This document shows, piece after piece, positions 30,942 to 43,024 of a stretch of 64,000 bases of DNA. The translations under genes were made by a program, and so were the position numbers. Position 1 is the stretch's first letter. Every line of letters starts with the position of its first letter. This DNA comes from the human T2T-CHM13v2.0 reference genome, Homo sapiens. The notes beneath the pieces are model-generated. The model was not told the origin of the DNA. It saw nothing but the letters and a program-made list of their open reading frames with translations, and searched no databases. Where the stretch lies: NCBI RefSeq assembly GCF_009914755.1, contig NC_060932.1. One strand, given 5' to 3'.

Positions 30942-31608
30942 GGCGCAGACCCAGCAGGAGAGCGCAACCTAGCATCTTTAAGGTTCGCTTAGCCCTTCCT
31001 GTGCACCTGGAAGGAAGCCTTATCTTAAACTCCCTTCCACCTAGAGTTTATTTTCGCCTGCGTGCGACAGGGCTTTTGTACTTAAGTGAGTTAAGGAATG
31101 AACCCCGAACTCTTCTGGGAAAGCCACCAACGTTCCCCCCGCACCCCTCCCAGGGTTCCTGACCACGGAGACTCTGCTTGGGGCACAGGTGTGGGAGTCG
31201 CAAACTTTTCTCTGCGCCGTCCTTTTCCGCGTGGAATGGGACGGAGCAGCCCTCCCAGGCGCTGCCTGGCTGCGGAGGGGAGCGGGCAGCGAGAGCCTCG
31301 GGTCTCCGCCTGGGTTCCCGGGTCTCCGGGGCGCTGGCCTCGGTCTCCGCGCAGCGTCCAGCGACCCCTGTCGGGGGTTCCCGGCAGCCGCGCCGCCACC
31401 CCCCGCCCGGCCAGCGCGGGAGGAAAAGGGGCTGCGCCCGGGAGCGCCGAGCCCAGGCTCCTCCCGGTGGCGTGTCCGCGCCTCGGGGTGGGGGTGTGGT
31501 GGGGAAGAGGGAGGGGGCGAGGCCAGGGGAGGGTGCGAAGGAGGCGCCTGCCTCCAACCTGCGGGCGGGAGGTGGGTGGCTGCGGGGCAATTGAAAAAGA
31601 GCCGGCGA

Positions 31609-31618
31609 GGAGTTCCCC
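31609..31618 (-). promoter_or_regulatory. NF-kB consensus site near the TSS
   Basis: The reverse complement GGGGAACTCC fits GGGRNNYYCC. A second match, GGGGGTTCCC, lies at 31373-31382. Confidence 0.55.
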
Positions 31619-31682
31619 GAAACTTGTTGGAACTCCGGGCTCGCGCGGAGGCCAGGAGCTGAGCGGCGGCGGCTGCCGGACG

Positions 31683-31694
31683 ATGGGAGCGTGA
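31683..31694 (+). other. Upstream micro-ORF (Met-Gly-Ala-stop) in the NRG1 type I leader
   Basis: ATG GGA GCG TGA in context acgATGG (A at -3, G at +4). It is the only ATG I see between 31620 and the main start. Confidence 0.7.
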
Positions 31695-32035
31695 GCAGGA
31701 CGGTGATAACCTCTCCCCGATCGGGTTGCGAGGGCGCCGGGCAGAGGCCAGGACGCGAGCCGCCAGCGGCGGGACCCATCGACGACTTCCCGGGGCGACA
31801 GGAGCAGCCCCGAGAGCCAGGGCGAGCGCCCGTTCCAGGTGGCCGGACCGCCCGCCGCGTCCGCGCCGCGCTCCCTGCAGGCAACGGGAGACGCCCCCGC
31901 GCAGCGCGAGCGCCTCAGCGCGGCCGCTCGCTCTCCCCCTCGAGGGACAAACTTTTCCCAAACCCGATCCGAGCCCTTGGACCAAACTCGCCTGCGCCGA
32001 GAGCCGTCCGCGTAGAGCGCTCCGTCTCCGGCGAG

Positions 32036-32135
32036 ATGTCCGAGCGCAAAGAAGGCAGAGGCAAAGGGAAGGGCAAGAAGAAGGAGCGAGGCTCCGGCAA
32101 GAAGCCGGAGTCCGCGGCGGGCAGCCAGAGCCCAG
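32036..32135 (+). CDS. NRG1: Neuregulin-1 type I (heregulin/NDF) first coding exon: 33 codons plus 1 nt, basic Lys/Gly-rich N-terminus. Downstream Ig exons were not found in this window.
   Basis: ATG at 32036 (gcgagATGt) translates to MSERKEGRGKGKGKKKERGSGKKPESAAGSQSP, which I recognise as the heregulin N-terminus (it continues ALPP.. in the next exon). The exon ends at CCCAG|GTGGGT, a phase-1 donor consistent with a split Ala codon. Confidence 0.97.
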
Positions 32136-32141
32136 GTGGGT
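32133..32141 (+). other. NRG1: 5' splice donor of the NRG1 type I first exon
   Basis: CAG|GTGGGT is close to the MAG|GTRAGT consensus and falls exactly where the known protein match ends. Confidence 0.93.
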
Positions 32142-32166
32142 GCGCAGCGCGGCCCGGGCCCCACGA

Positions 32167-32201
32167 TCCTCCTCCTGCTCCTCCTACTCCTCCTCCTCCT
32201 C
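32167..32201. repeat. Interrupted (CCT)n trinucleotide repeat
   Basis: tcctcctcctgctcctcctactcctcctcctcctc, about 30 nt after the splice donor. Confidence 0.9.
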
Positions 32202-35200
32202 GGATGCCGTGGCCTCTCCCTCCCCCTCTCCCTCGCCCGTCCTCTTCGCCCTGCGCTCTGAGCGCCCGTTGAGTCGCGCGGTGCTTCCCCTCCTGGCGGC
32301 CGCCGCTCACCTGGGCGCCGAGTCCTACCGGGCGCCTACGCCCAGAGCTCAGGGCAAGGGACAGCAGTCCCGGCCGCACCCTCCCAGAGTCCCGGGAGCG
32401 CTTCGCTCCCTGGCACGGCCCCTCCCCAGCGCCTTAGCGGCTGAGCCCAGCCCGGGAGTGGGACCTGGGCTATAGGAGTCGAGGCTGCGTGCGCGCGTGC
32501 CCCGCGCCATAAGCGCTTTGCACGGGGGCCGTGTGCCCTCTAGCGGGAAACGCTGGAATGGGCCGCCTGGAGGGAGAGCCGGTCCCCTCGGTGTGCCTGG
32601 CAGCGCAGAAGTGGGTGGTCGAGCAAGAGGCCGCGTGGGAAGTTAGCTTCGGCGTTTTGGGGCACAGGGCAAGCGATGTAGAGTGCGCGCCGGTTCATCT
32701 TGATTCAGTCCTGTGCTACGGAGACTCAAGAGCAGCGGCAGGGATTCCTAAAGGTCAGCGAAGCAGATGAAATCTAGTCCAGTGTCAGGAATCAGCTCTG
32801 CCCCAAACAAGTTCTACAAACTTTTGGCTTAACAGTTCTATTTTTCAAGACCTCTGTGATAAATATGGATAATTTACTTTCCCAAGAGATGTAAGAAAAC
32901 AACCGTTTATCTGAATTTTTGAACCCAATTGTTTGCTGGTTATCTATATAATAAAATGGCAATTGAAGCTTTCTAGAAACAAATCTTGTATTTCATCATC
33001 AGAACACGAGCATGAACAAAAGCTTTACCTTAGATGTCCCTAGGAAGCGCTGATGCTTTGGACATTACCTTGGACAAAAGAGGCATGTCGAATAAATACT
33101 TGTTTATGAGTGATTGGTAGGTAGCTGATAAAAGAGGGGAGGAAGGAGATGGGGGAGAATTTATTTTTTGCCTCTGCAATTCCCAATTATTAATTGATCC
33201 AGATGCCTTAAGTCGCTTCGAGCGTACCCCCAACACACATTTCATGAAGCACTTCTGCAGAATTAATTCACTAGTACTTGATAATACTGTGGCTACAGTA
33301 ATACTGTAGAAGTATTTGTCCCTTGCTGGAAGAAAACAAACCACATTTGCTTGGTCTTCTTACTGGTATCACTGATAGCATTTCAGAACCTGGGTTATTG
33401 GCAGAGACCTTCAGCAGAGTTTTGAGCAAAACAGAAATTGAACAGAGAGTAATTGTTTCACCACTGGCCATTCTTGTGCTTGCTTCTTTAATAAGATCCT
33501 GCTGATCATATTCACTTCAATTACTGATCATTGCCCCTCATGAGGGTGTATTGAATTTTCCCTTATTTTTACCCTATATTTTGGGGAGAGACCATAGCAC
33601 TTTATTCAACAAGATAGGAAATTGGGGAGCTGGATTAGTTACCTCCCTGCGTGACTTTGTCTACTGTCCTTTCTAAGGTCATCATAGTACATTACGGAGA
33701 TTTCAGACCTAGCTCAAATCGTTGTAAAGAGTTATTTTGGGGGCTCTTATCACTGTTTGTGGTTGTGTTCTCCTGTCTCCCTGCTCATTGGCTTCAGAAG
33801 AAGTTTCTGTGGTCCTCTGTAGATGGTCTAATGAATTAAGAAGGGGCCAGCGGTCTGAAGTAGCATCCTGTTCAGGTAATAGGTGTGCATTTTGTCAAGG
33901 GCTCCCAGCAGCAGTACCGTAACACAGCAACTTGACAAGTTCAGTGGGGGAGGGGCAGGCATTTCTGTGCCCTCCAGATCTCATCTACTAGGTAGGCAGC
34001 TGTCTTGTGATTAGCTACGCTCTCTTGACACAGAGCACCAGAGCTTCCTTGGTGGCTCTCATCTGCTTTCCAGTGGTACAGCAGTGATTCCCTGTAAACC
34101 AGCTAAGTCAGTATCTTTAAGTGACATTTGCTTAACTGTCTTCCCTGAAAAATTGGGGTGAATTTGGCTGTAGGTTAGTTTTTAGTATATTTGTCTCTGT
34201 TTTCCACCAGATTATAATCTTTTTTGGGGAGGGACTTTTTACCCCCTTCGAAGCATCTTGTGCTTTTTAAACCAGATAAGAATATGTATTCTTTATTTGA
34301 TTCAGAAAGAATGGTCAACAACTTGAAACCAGCTTTATATAGAAGCACATGGCATTAAATACAATGCTTCAGAATCAGTGTTTCTTTCCTTCTTTGTCAT
34401 TTTCCTTATAATGGTAAGTGCCAGTGTAGTTTTCCTTGTCTTAGGAGAATTCATACCTGATGACTATAATGGTTTGTGAGAAAAACCCACACTCTAGGTT
34501 TCAGGCATTCCCAAAGGAACGACCTATAGATGCCATAACTCTAGTATTCACACTTGCCGTGCCAGCCCAAATTAGGACTTAGGAGGACAAGTTTCTCTTG
34601 TATTGCTCCCATCTTAGTGCCTGTCAGTTCCAAGTTTCACTCCTTTCTTAAAACAGCCACTGCAACTGTCTGTCCTTGATGATATGTATGCAATAGCCAA
34701 GCCTCTCTTCAGCTGTTTTAACATTGCCTCATGACAGTCAGGGGAGAGATAATGGGGTGGGATCTCAGCCACTCAGCCCCGCTGTGTGCTATATTGTACG
34801 CATAGGCATAAACACATCTGTTGGAGGGAAATTTTCAGGGGGAAAAGGCTTCTTTAACTTTCATATGGCATGAGTGACTGATATGCGATACATACATGGC
34901 TATTTCAGAGCATCTGCACTTTTATACAATTAACTAAATGTTGAATTGCACACTATTGGGGCTGCAGATGTTCAACACAATTATCTATTCCATAATAATA
35001 GCTCTAATAGGTCCCAAGCCCTTGGAGTCATTGATTCCTTTTCTTTGCTCAAAATAAGCAAGCTAAGAATAGTCTTGGGTGCTGTATCACTGATCCACGT
35101 ACCAAGAGCCCTGTAACAGCCTGGGTCTCCTTGGTGCTGGACCTCCCATATCCAGCCTCTTCATACTGATTCAGCTCAACAGACTTTTTCTCTTGAACCC

Positions 35201-35219
35201 TGAATTACAAAACCAGAGC

Positions 35220-35518
35220 TTTTTTTTTTTTTTTTTTTTTGACGGAGTCTCGCTCTGTCGCCAGGCTGGAGTGCAGTGGGTGCAATCTCGGCTCACTGCA
35301 ACCTCTGCCTCCTGGGTTCAAGTGATTCCCCTGCCTCAGACTTTTGAGTAGCTGGGACTACAGGTGTGCGCCACCATGCCCAGCTAATTTTTGTATTTTT
35401 AGTAGAGACAGGGTTTCACCATGTTGGCCAGGATGGTGTCGATCTCTTGACCTCGCAATCCACATGCCTCGGCCTCCCAAAGTGCTGGGATTACGGGCAT
35501 GAGCCACGGCGCTTGGCC
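35220..35518 (-). mobile_element. AluSc-like
   Basis: Diagnostic gtcgccaggc and ggatggt..cgatctcttgacctcg. Poly-T on both sides. Confidence 0.93.
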
Positions 35519-36369
35519 GCTTTTTTTTTTTTTTTTTTTAATTTTTGGCCAATTGGTATTTGACTCTAAGCTTCCTTTGTGATTCTCTGTCGATATGTTG
35601 TTCTTACTCTGCACCTCTGCACGGAATTCTGTCTTTTTTCTTTTTCCTCTTAAATAACCTGGGAAAAATTCACTATCATGCCTAGCCAGATTCTAGAACT
35701 ATCCTGTCTCCCTTCACTCCTGGTAGGAGGGGCATTTGTGAGTCTGGGTGATGGAAACATTGAGAAACCTAGTATCCCAAATAGGTAGAAGCAGGCTGTG
35801 TGTTTCCCCAATGACATCACCCACCTGTTTCCCTCACTAAGTGGCTCTGCAGGCTGAAGTGCTTGTAAACATTCTTGCGTATAAAGTACCCTGACCCTAA
35901 CAGGGCAGCCTGTGTTTACAGAACAAGAGGAATGTCCAGTGATCTGTTTCAACCTGGTTACTTGTAACCACCTAGCCTATGTAATTATTAAAAACATTAA
36001 AGATTATTCACAGAATGAAATAGGACTTATTTTGCAGAATTAAAATAGCAGGAAGAGCGGAAGAAAGTTGTATATTCAGACATGAATACTTCTCATACCC
36101 ATGAAATGGTCAGATAACACTAATGAAAAAGAGGAGAAAAAATATATAGAGAGAACCAAAAAATATTAGACAAACATGAACACTGAATACCTACTACATG
36201 CCAGGCACTGTGCTGGACACTTTTATGTTTATTAATGAGGGACCTGCTATTTATTGAATTCTTACCATGTTCCAGGCAGTAAAACAGATGTATATTGTGT
36301 ATTTTGTCATCTGTCCTTTCGAAAATAAGAAAATTCCTTGCTATTAGGCAGCAAGATGCCAGATGGCCT

Positions 36370-36610
36370 AGTCCTTAGCTCTTCAGCCAGATTGCCTGGG
36401 TTTAAATCCTAATTAGGCTGTTCCTTAAATATGTAGTCATGGGAAAGTTACTTAATCTTTCTGTGCCTAAATTTCCTTTTTCTGCAATATGGGGATAATA
36501 ATAGTATTATTATTATCATGAGGGTTTCATGAAGCTTAAAGAAAATAATCCATGAAAAGCACTCTGAACATCAACCAACATGTAATAAGTGCCCAGTAAT
36601 ATTAGCTGTC
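36370..36610 (+). mobile_element. MIR
   Basis: cagccagattgcctgggtttaaatcc...gggaaagttacttaatctttctgtgcc..ctgcaatatggggataataatagta. Confidence 0.78.
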
Positions 36611-38751
36611 TTTATAAAACTACTTAAGAAATGAATTATCTGTGTCTTTGCAAAGATATTTGATATAATTTCCAAAATTTACCTTTTATGGTAAAAAATA
36701 TCCAAAGCTGACCTCAGATTACAGTGGTTATAAATATTAATATGTACTACCTGTAAAACTAGAGAAAAGTGGATAAGAGTGTCAAATTCCATAACTGCAT
36801 ATATACATTATGAAAACAGTACTGAACTCAATCTAAATATTGAAAGTAGAGTGAGGTGCAACATAATTTTATCTCTGGCAGAAAAATGTTGAGGTTTCAA
36901 GCTATGAGAAGATTTTGAAACATGACTCTTTTTTCTGGCAACACTTAAGAGTTGATGCTTAAACCTCACTTTATTGTATAGAATACATAATCTTCTCTTT
37001 TGGGACTCGTATAAATTGCAGCAATTGAAAAACAAAAGTGTGCACCAACCTGCCCCTCACTATCTTTTTATCAAGCATAACAGTATATTGCCAGCAATGT
37101 TCATAGAATTGAGTGCAGGTGTTTCTAAATATAAACAAAATAAGGAATATATTAAATTCACATTTCTAGTTTTTTATTTCCTCCTCAGCCTTCCTAGAAT
37201 GGCTATAGGTAGTGTTTAAAGTTCTGGAAGTGTGATAGATTCTTACCAAATCAATGTTCTGTTAGCATTCTCCAAGTAACAAGTTAAATTGGATTTGAAC
37301 AGTACTGATAGTTTATCATGTTCTGTTAGGATAGATGAAAACAAACCAAATGCCAGTATTTTGGGTGAGTCACTTTATTTGCTCAAAGACGCAAATGAAT
37401 GAACTTCTGGTAGTTTAGTTAACCCTGGAGCTCCCCCTCTTGACAAATAGAAAAAACAAAAAAATAAATCAGATAGTATTAGCTTGAAAACGGATTTCTT
37501 TTACCCAGATAAAAAATATGCCACTAAGGTACATACAATGAAGTTTTCTTGAAGGAACTAATGATATTTTGGATTTCTCCTAATTTTGTGCATGTCTGCA
37601 CTTGTGTGTGTCCTTGTGTATGTTTTAATGGGTTAAAAAAAAAAGCGAGCTACCAAAATACCAATAGATGTCAGTGTTTGTCGCTTTAGAAAAAGTGAGG
37701 TGTTAGAAAAAAAGAAGAAATGGACAGCTTTATTTATTTTTGGTTTTACTAAACATAAAGCTGGCTACTTTTCAACAATTGACTAATAATTCACTGTATA
37801 TAACCCTGTTTACAAAAGTACATTTTATTAAGGAAAATATTCCATGTTCTCATCTTTCTTCTAAATTTTTTTAAAAAAGCCTCTGCAGTAAATTCCCAAA
37901 AGAATTCAGAATGTAGGCAGAAAATATGTTAATTTTTTAAAATTAGGAAACAAAATTATTTGAGAATGTCGTTAACACATTAGATTTCTTTTGCATTTTT
38001 AAACTAGAAATTAGATATGCACTTTCTTATGTTGCCCTGATTATGACTGATAAAGTGCATTTTTCAGTCCAAGTCAAGTGAGATCTGTGGAGTTCGGCCT
38101 CTACATAAGAGCAGAGATGATCAGAATTCTCTTCATTCTTCCTATGCCCCGTGTCACCTTTTTCTGGCCTCCAGAGGGTGCTCCAGGAGCATCACACTGC
38201 TATTCCCCAAAGACTGCTTTTTTCTTCTCTCTCTCTCTCTCTTTTTTTTTTTAAGTTACTGCAGTATTCTGGGCAATCTACTGGAAGAACAGAGTCCCGA
38301 TTCCATACATGTTAGCTGCCTCAACTGGAGTTTGTTTTCCAGCTGGACCACATAGCCCTAATTCATTAAGTATTCTAAATTAGAATATTTTAAAACATTA
38401 TTCTGATGATGTTGATGCAGTGGTTAGCTTGCAAGGGGACATCTGTCAGATTAATTCCCTCTAGGAATTTCCCCCAAGAGAATCAAGCATCTTTAAATAC
38501 CTTCCAATCACGCCTTACAACAGCTCCCTCCCACTGAAGTGCACATGGTACCCACAAAGAGATTTAGTGCTATTTAAGAGTTTCACTCTGGCATTGGAAA
38601 ACTATAGGTGAAAGCATCAAAGTTGGACAACAGATCTTTACTAACACATTTGTTTTCATCTCTTCCTATCTCTCTGTTTCCTCAACCCAGGGGCAACAAA
38701 TGTTTAGGAGCCCCACTTTGATTGAGTGCACATTTTTGAACACAGGTTTGA

Positions 38752-39081
<330 letters not shown>

Positions 39082-40159
39082 GGGGCTGATATTTTAATAT
39101 GGTCACACAGGCCTTGTTATTTATGGTTTACCTGCTTATGTTAATTCCACCCTGTACTTGTTATCTTTGACATGAGTTACTCTCAGGATATTACTCCCCT
39201 TCCCTTTTTAAAGTGTAATATTGTTCCCATTGTTTCTTGCTCCAAGAAATCTGTCGTTGATGGGAATAGTCTTTGACTGCCACAGTGCCCCGAACCTTTC
39301 ATTCCACAGCTTTGATGGGCAGGGAGCTGCCTTCTCTGGGCAGCTGTGGAGTTTTACTTTCAATGATATGAGAGTCACAGAATGTTTTATTAGATTGAAT
39401 CATATGAAATTGTCAGTTTTGTAGGTCATACCTGGCTGAATATTGTCCATGTCATACAGTTTAATATTTGGACTTTGAAAAAGTAATTTGACTTTACTTA
39501 TTCTTTACATATTCTTTAAGTAATAATGACAACTTTGAAAAAGAATTATGTACGTTTTTGATAATTAAATAGGATTGAAGTAATACATAAAAGAAATCTG
39601 AGCTAGGGATAATTGAAGCAGTAACATTTTTTACAACCAATAAATCAGCTAAAATCATATCCATATTAAATGAATTTAGCATAAAATTAGAATGACAGAG
39701 CAACTAGCATTTTCCCTTGGTGAGAAAAGTAGTAAGTTTCCACCATAAAATATGACTCATTTTTATTTGACCTATTAGCAGATAGTTGTTATTGCACCTT
39801 ATCTTAACCACCATTATTTCTACAGAGAGATTACAGAGCAATGAGTAGGAAATATGGAAGATTGCTGAATAATCCTGGCTTTAGTTATGGAGTAATATGA
39901 AAAAAGGAAAAGAAAACCTTTTGTTCACTTTCACAGTACTACATCAATGCAAGCTTTTTAGTAGTTTTAATGTATGAATTTTATCATCAGGTGAAAATGC
40001 ATCTCATTATTAGATGGCCTATTTTATAAATAAAGTTCAAATTTCGATATAGCCAGTTTTTAAAACTGTATATGTTTATAACTCATCCCTTTGTTGCATA
40101 TAATCTCCCAATTTTAGAGACTTACATTGCATTTTTAAAGGATAGCACAGTCTCTTTAG

Positions 40160-40617
<458 letters not shown>

Positions 40618-42111
40618 AAGTAGGCATTGTTTTTGTGTGTACGTATCAAATCTGTTTTTATATCTTTTGGTATTTTATCTCTTTTCTGCCAACAGGGTGA
40701 AATGGAAGTACAGTATTGGGATTATGCACAACATTTTATTGTTTAAAATTATAGTATTCCTTTTCCATTCTGTTGTTTCAGTTGTTTAAAAATAAGTAAC
40801 AAAAGAGAGGGGTCTGTCTTGAAGCCCATGAGATGGTAGATCTTTAGAAACAGTTATAATAGCAGTCATATTGAAACTGATTGTCATCTATTTCTGGGAA
40901 AAATATTGAAGGCTGGTATATTGTCCCCAGAAGGATTAGATGAAATACAGAAAATAGATTATGATTATAATTTTTTTTAGTGAGGTCACCTTGCTGTAGA
41001 GTTGGAACCTTCCCGGGGGATTGCTCATGCATTATCCATTTTGGGAAAGAGTAATACTTACAGGCATTATGGAAATGAGCGGGTAGGTTTGTCAAGAGGA
41101 AACCAATAATTTGAATACTGAGTTGAATGGAAAATGAAATACATGATTTTCCATATATTAAATTGAATAGAAATGGGAGACTTATGTCTTGAGGGTTTTT
41201 CTTTTCTTTTTTTGAAACATGTTGATGATATTGTGTGTTCCCAAGTGCCCTCAACCTGACAGGAAGGAGAAATGTCAATAGAAATAGTTACTTATTATAT
41301 TTTGATATTTAGAAAGGAACAGTGGAGTTTTAAATGTTGTGCATATCATTTATGCCCCATCCAAAAGGATAGCGATCCACTTAAAAGAAGGCAGAAAAGA
41401 CAAGGACCGCTATCGTTCTCCAGGAATCAACAGAAGCTAAGGGAGAGCGTAGAGTATAGTCCCTGTGGCCTCTACGGAGTCATCGCCTTCTCAGACTGAA
41501 TCCACACAAGGCCGCCTTGACTGAAAGAGCCTCTACATTGGACTGTGCATGGCGTGGGGAAATGTGATTACTTGCAATATGCTACTGATTACAGAATAAA
41601 TATTATGCATTCGGTTTTCACTAAACTTAAAAAGCCCAGTGAAAACCCCACTTCTGCATGTGGTGAATGTGGTTATGCTGTGTCAGGTGAAGACATGTTT
41701 CAGTGCCTTCGTTTACTTTCCATTAAGATATGCTGATTTCCTTCTCCCTTATGAAATAGAAAAGGAAGGACATAACCATCCTGCTGCTCTGCCCTGAGTG
41801 CACCAGTATAGGAATAAAACTCTGTAAACAGAGGGTGGTGGCAACCATCTAACAGGGACCTGCATTTGGACCTGTGTGTTTGGGAGAGCCGCAAAGTGGC
41901 TGTGCCTCTGATATCACAGGACTCTATGAAAGAGGCAACCAAAGAAGACCTGAGGCTCTTCTTGTCATTTTAGATATGTGATTTCATAAAGTTACTCTTG
42001 ACCTTAATGCAGATGGCCATTTGGGATTTGTGTCTGTGCATTTCATCCACAGCTGGATGGCATAGTTGCTGAGTAATCCTGTTGCTCTGGAGCAATGTAA
42101 GTTACAGCTGT

Positions 42112-42413
42112 GGCCAGGCACGTGGCTCATGCCTGTAATCCCAACACTTTGGGAAGCCAAAGTGGGAGATCTCTTGAACTCAGGGATTCAAGACCAGCCT
42201 GGGCAACACAGGAGTCCTCATCTCTACTAAAAATCCAAAAAGTTAGCCGGGCAAGGTGGCATGTGCCTGTGGTCCAGCTGTTAAGGAGGGTGAGATGGGA
42301 GGATCACTTGAGCCCAGGAGGTTGAGGCTGTGGTGGGCAATTATGATACACCACTGCACTCCAGTCTAGGTGACAGTGTAAGACTTGTCTCAGCGAAAAA
42401 AAAAAAAAAAAAA
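42112..42413 (+). mobile_element. Alu (AluJ-like)
   Basis: Diverged full dimer with an A tail. Confidence 0.92.
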
Positions 42414-43024
42414 AGTTAACAACCATATCAAAAGAACAATTTATTCACCCCCCAAATTGTCTTGGAATTCTCACATTAATTTACAGAGAGAAATAACCCT
42501 TTGGAAAATTCACAATGTTTTGCTAGTATTAGTATGTCATCTCACTCTAAAATGTAAAAAAAAAAAAAAAAAATCACTACTCAGACCTTATAAGAATCTG
42601 GTTTTTGATTATGAATACAGCAATTCTTTTTTGAAAACTCCCTTGACAAATTAAGCCAATGGTGGACATTCTAATAATTGTCATATTTTATGGTACATTT
42701 GTAACTAAAAGCCTCTTCTTTGGGTAATGACTGATAGTTTCATGGAAGAAGTCATTCTTTTTCTGGTCACTCTAGAAAATAAGAAATGGGAAATGATTGT
42801 ATGTGATATACATATGCATGGTTCTAAGTACCAAATTTGCAGATTGCCTGAAAATGTTCTTATGTACTTTTTATGGATACAGGCTTTCTTTTCAATTAGA
42901 TTCAAAAAGTATCAATACATTATTATACTTTAAATTGACTAGAGCTACCTTTTAAATGGTCAGATAGGTTTTCTTTTTAAAGAATTACTTTTGTGATTAC
43001 TAGCCACCTGAAATGGTGTTTCAA

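Larger units (their letters stand above)
31050..32760 (+). promoter_or_regulatory. NRG1: CpG island, TATA-less promoter and 5' leader of NRG1 type I
   Basis: Abrupt switch to very GC- and CpG-rich sequence around the first exon. GC boxes at 31401-31408 (CCCCGCCC) and 31563-31568 (GGGCGG), GT box near 31574. No canonical TATA. A TSS near 31545-31620 is inferred from recall of the mRNA leader, not observed. Confidence 0.92.

Noticed and set aside
31041-32475. Long overlapping ORFs on both strands of the CpG island (357, 314, 278, 249 and 198 aa). The 357-aa antisense ORF has a signal-peptide-like hydrophobic start.
   Set aside because: Very GC-rich DNA lacks stop codons. The products are low-complexity Arg/Pro/Gly/Ala, several begin at non-ATG codons, and the hydrophobic stretch is simply the antisense of the purine-rich Lys/Gly codons of NRG1.
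32466-32480. TATA-like ctatagg in the 3' part of the CpG island
   Set aside because: Poor consensus match and no supporting initiator or ORF.
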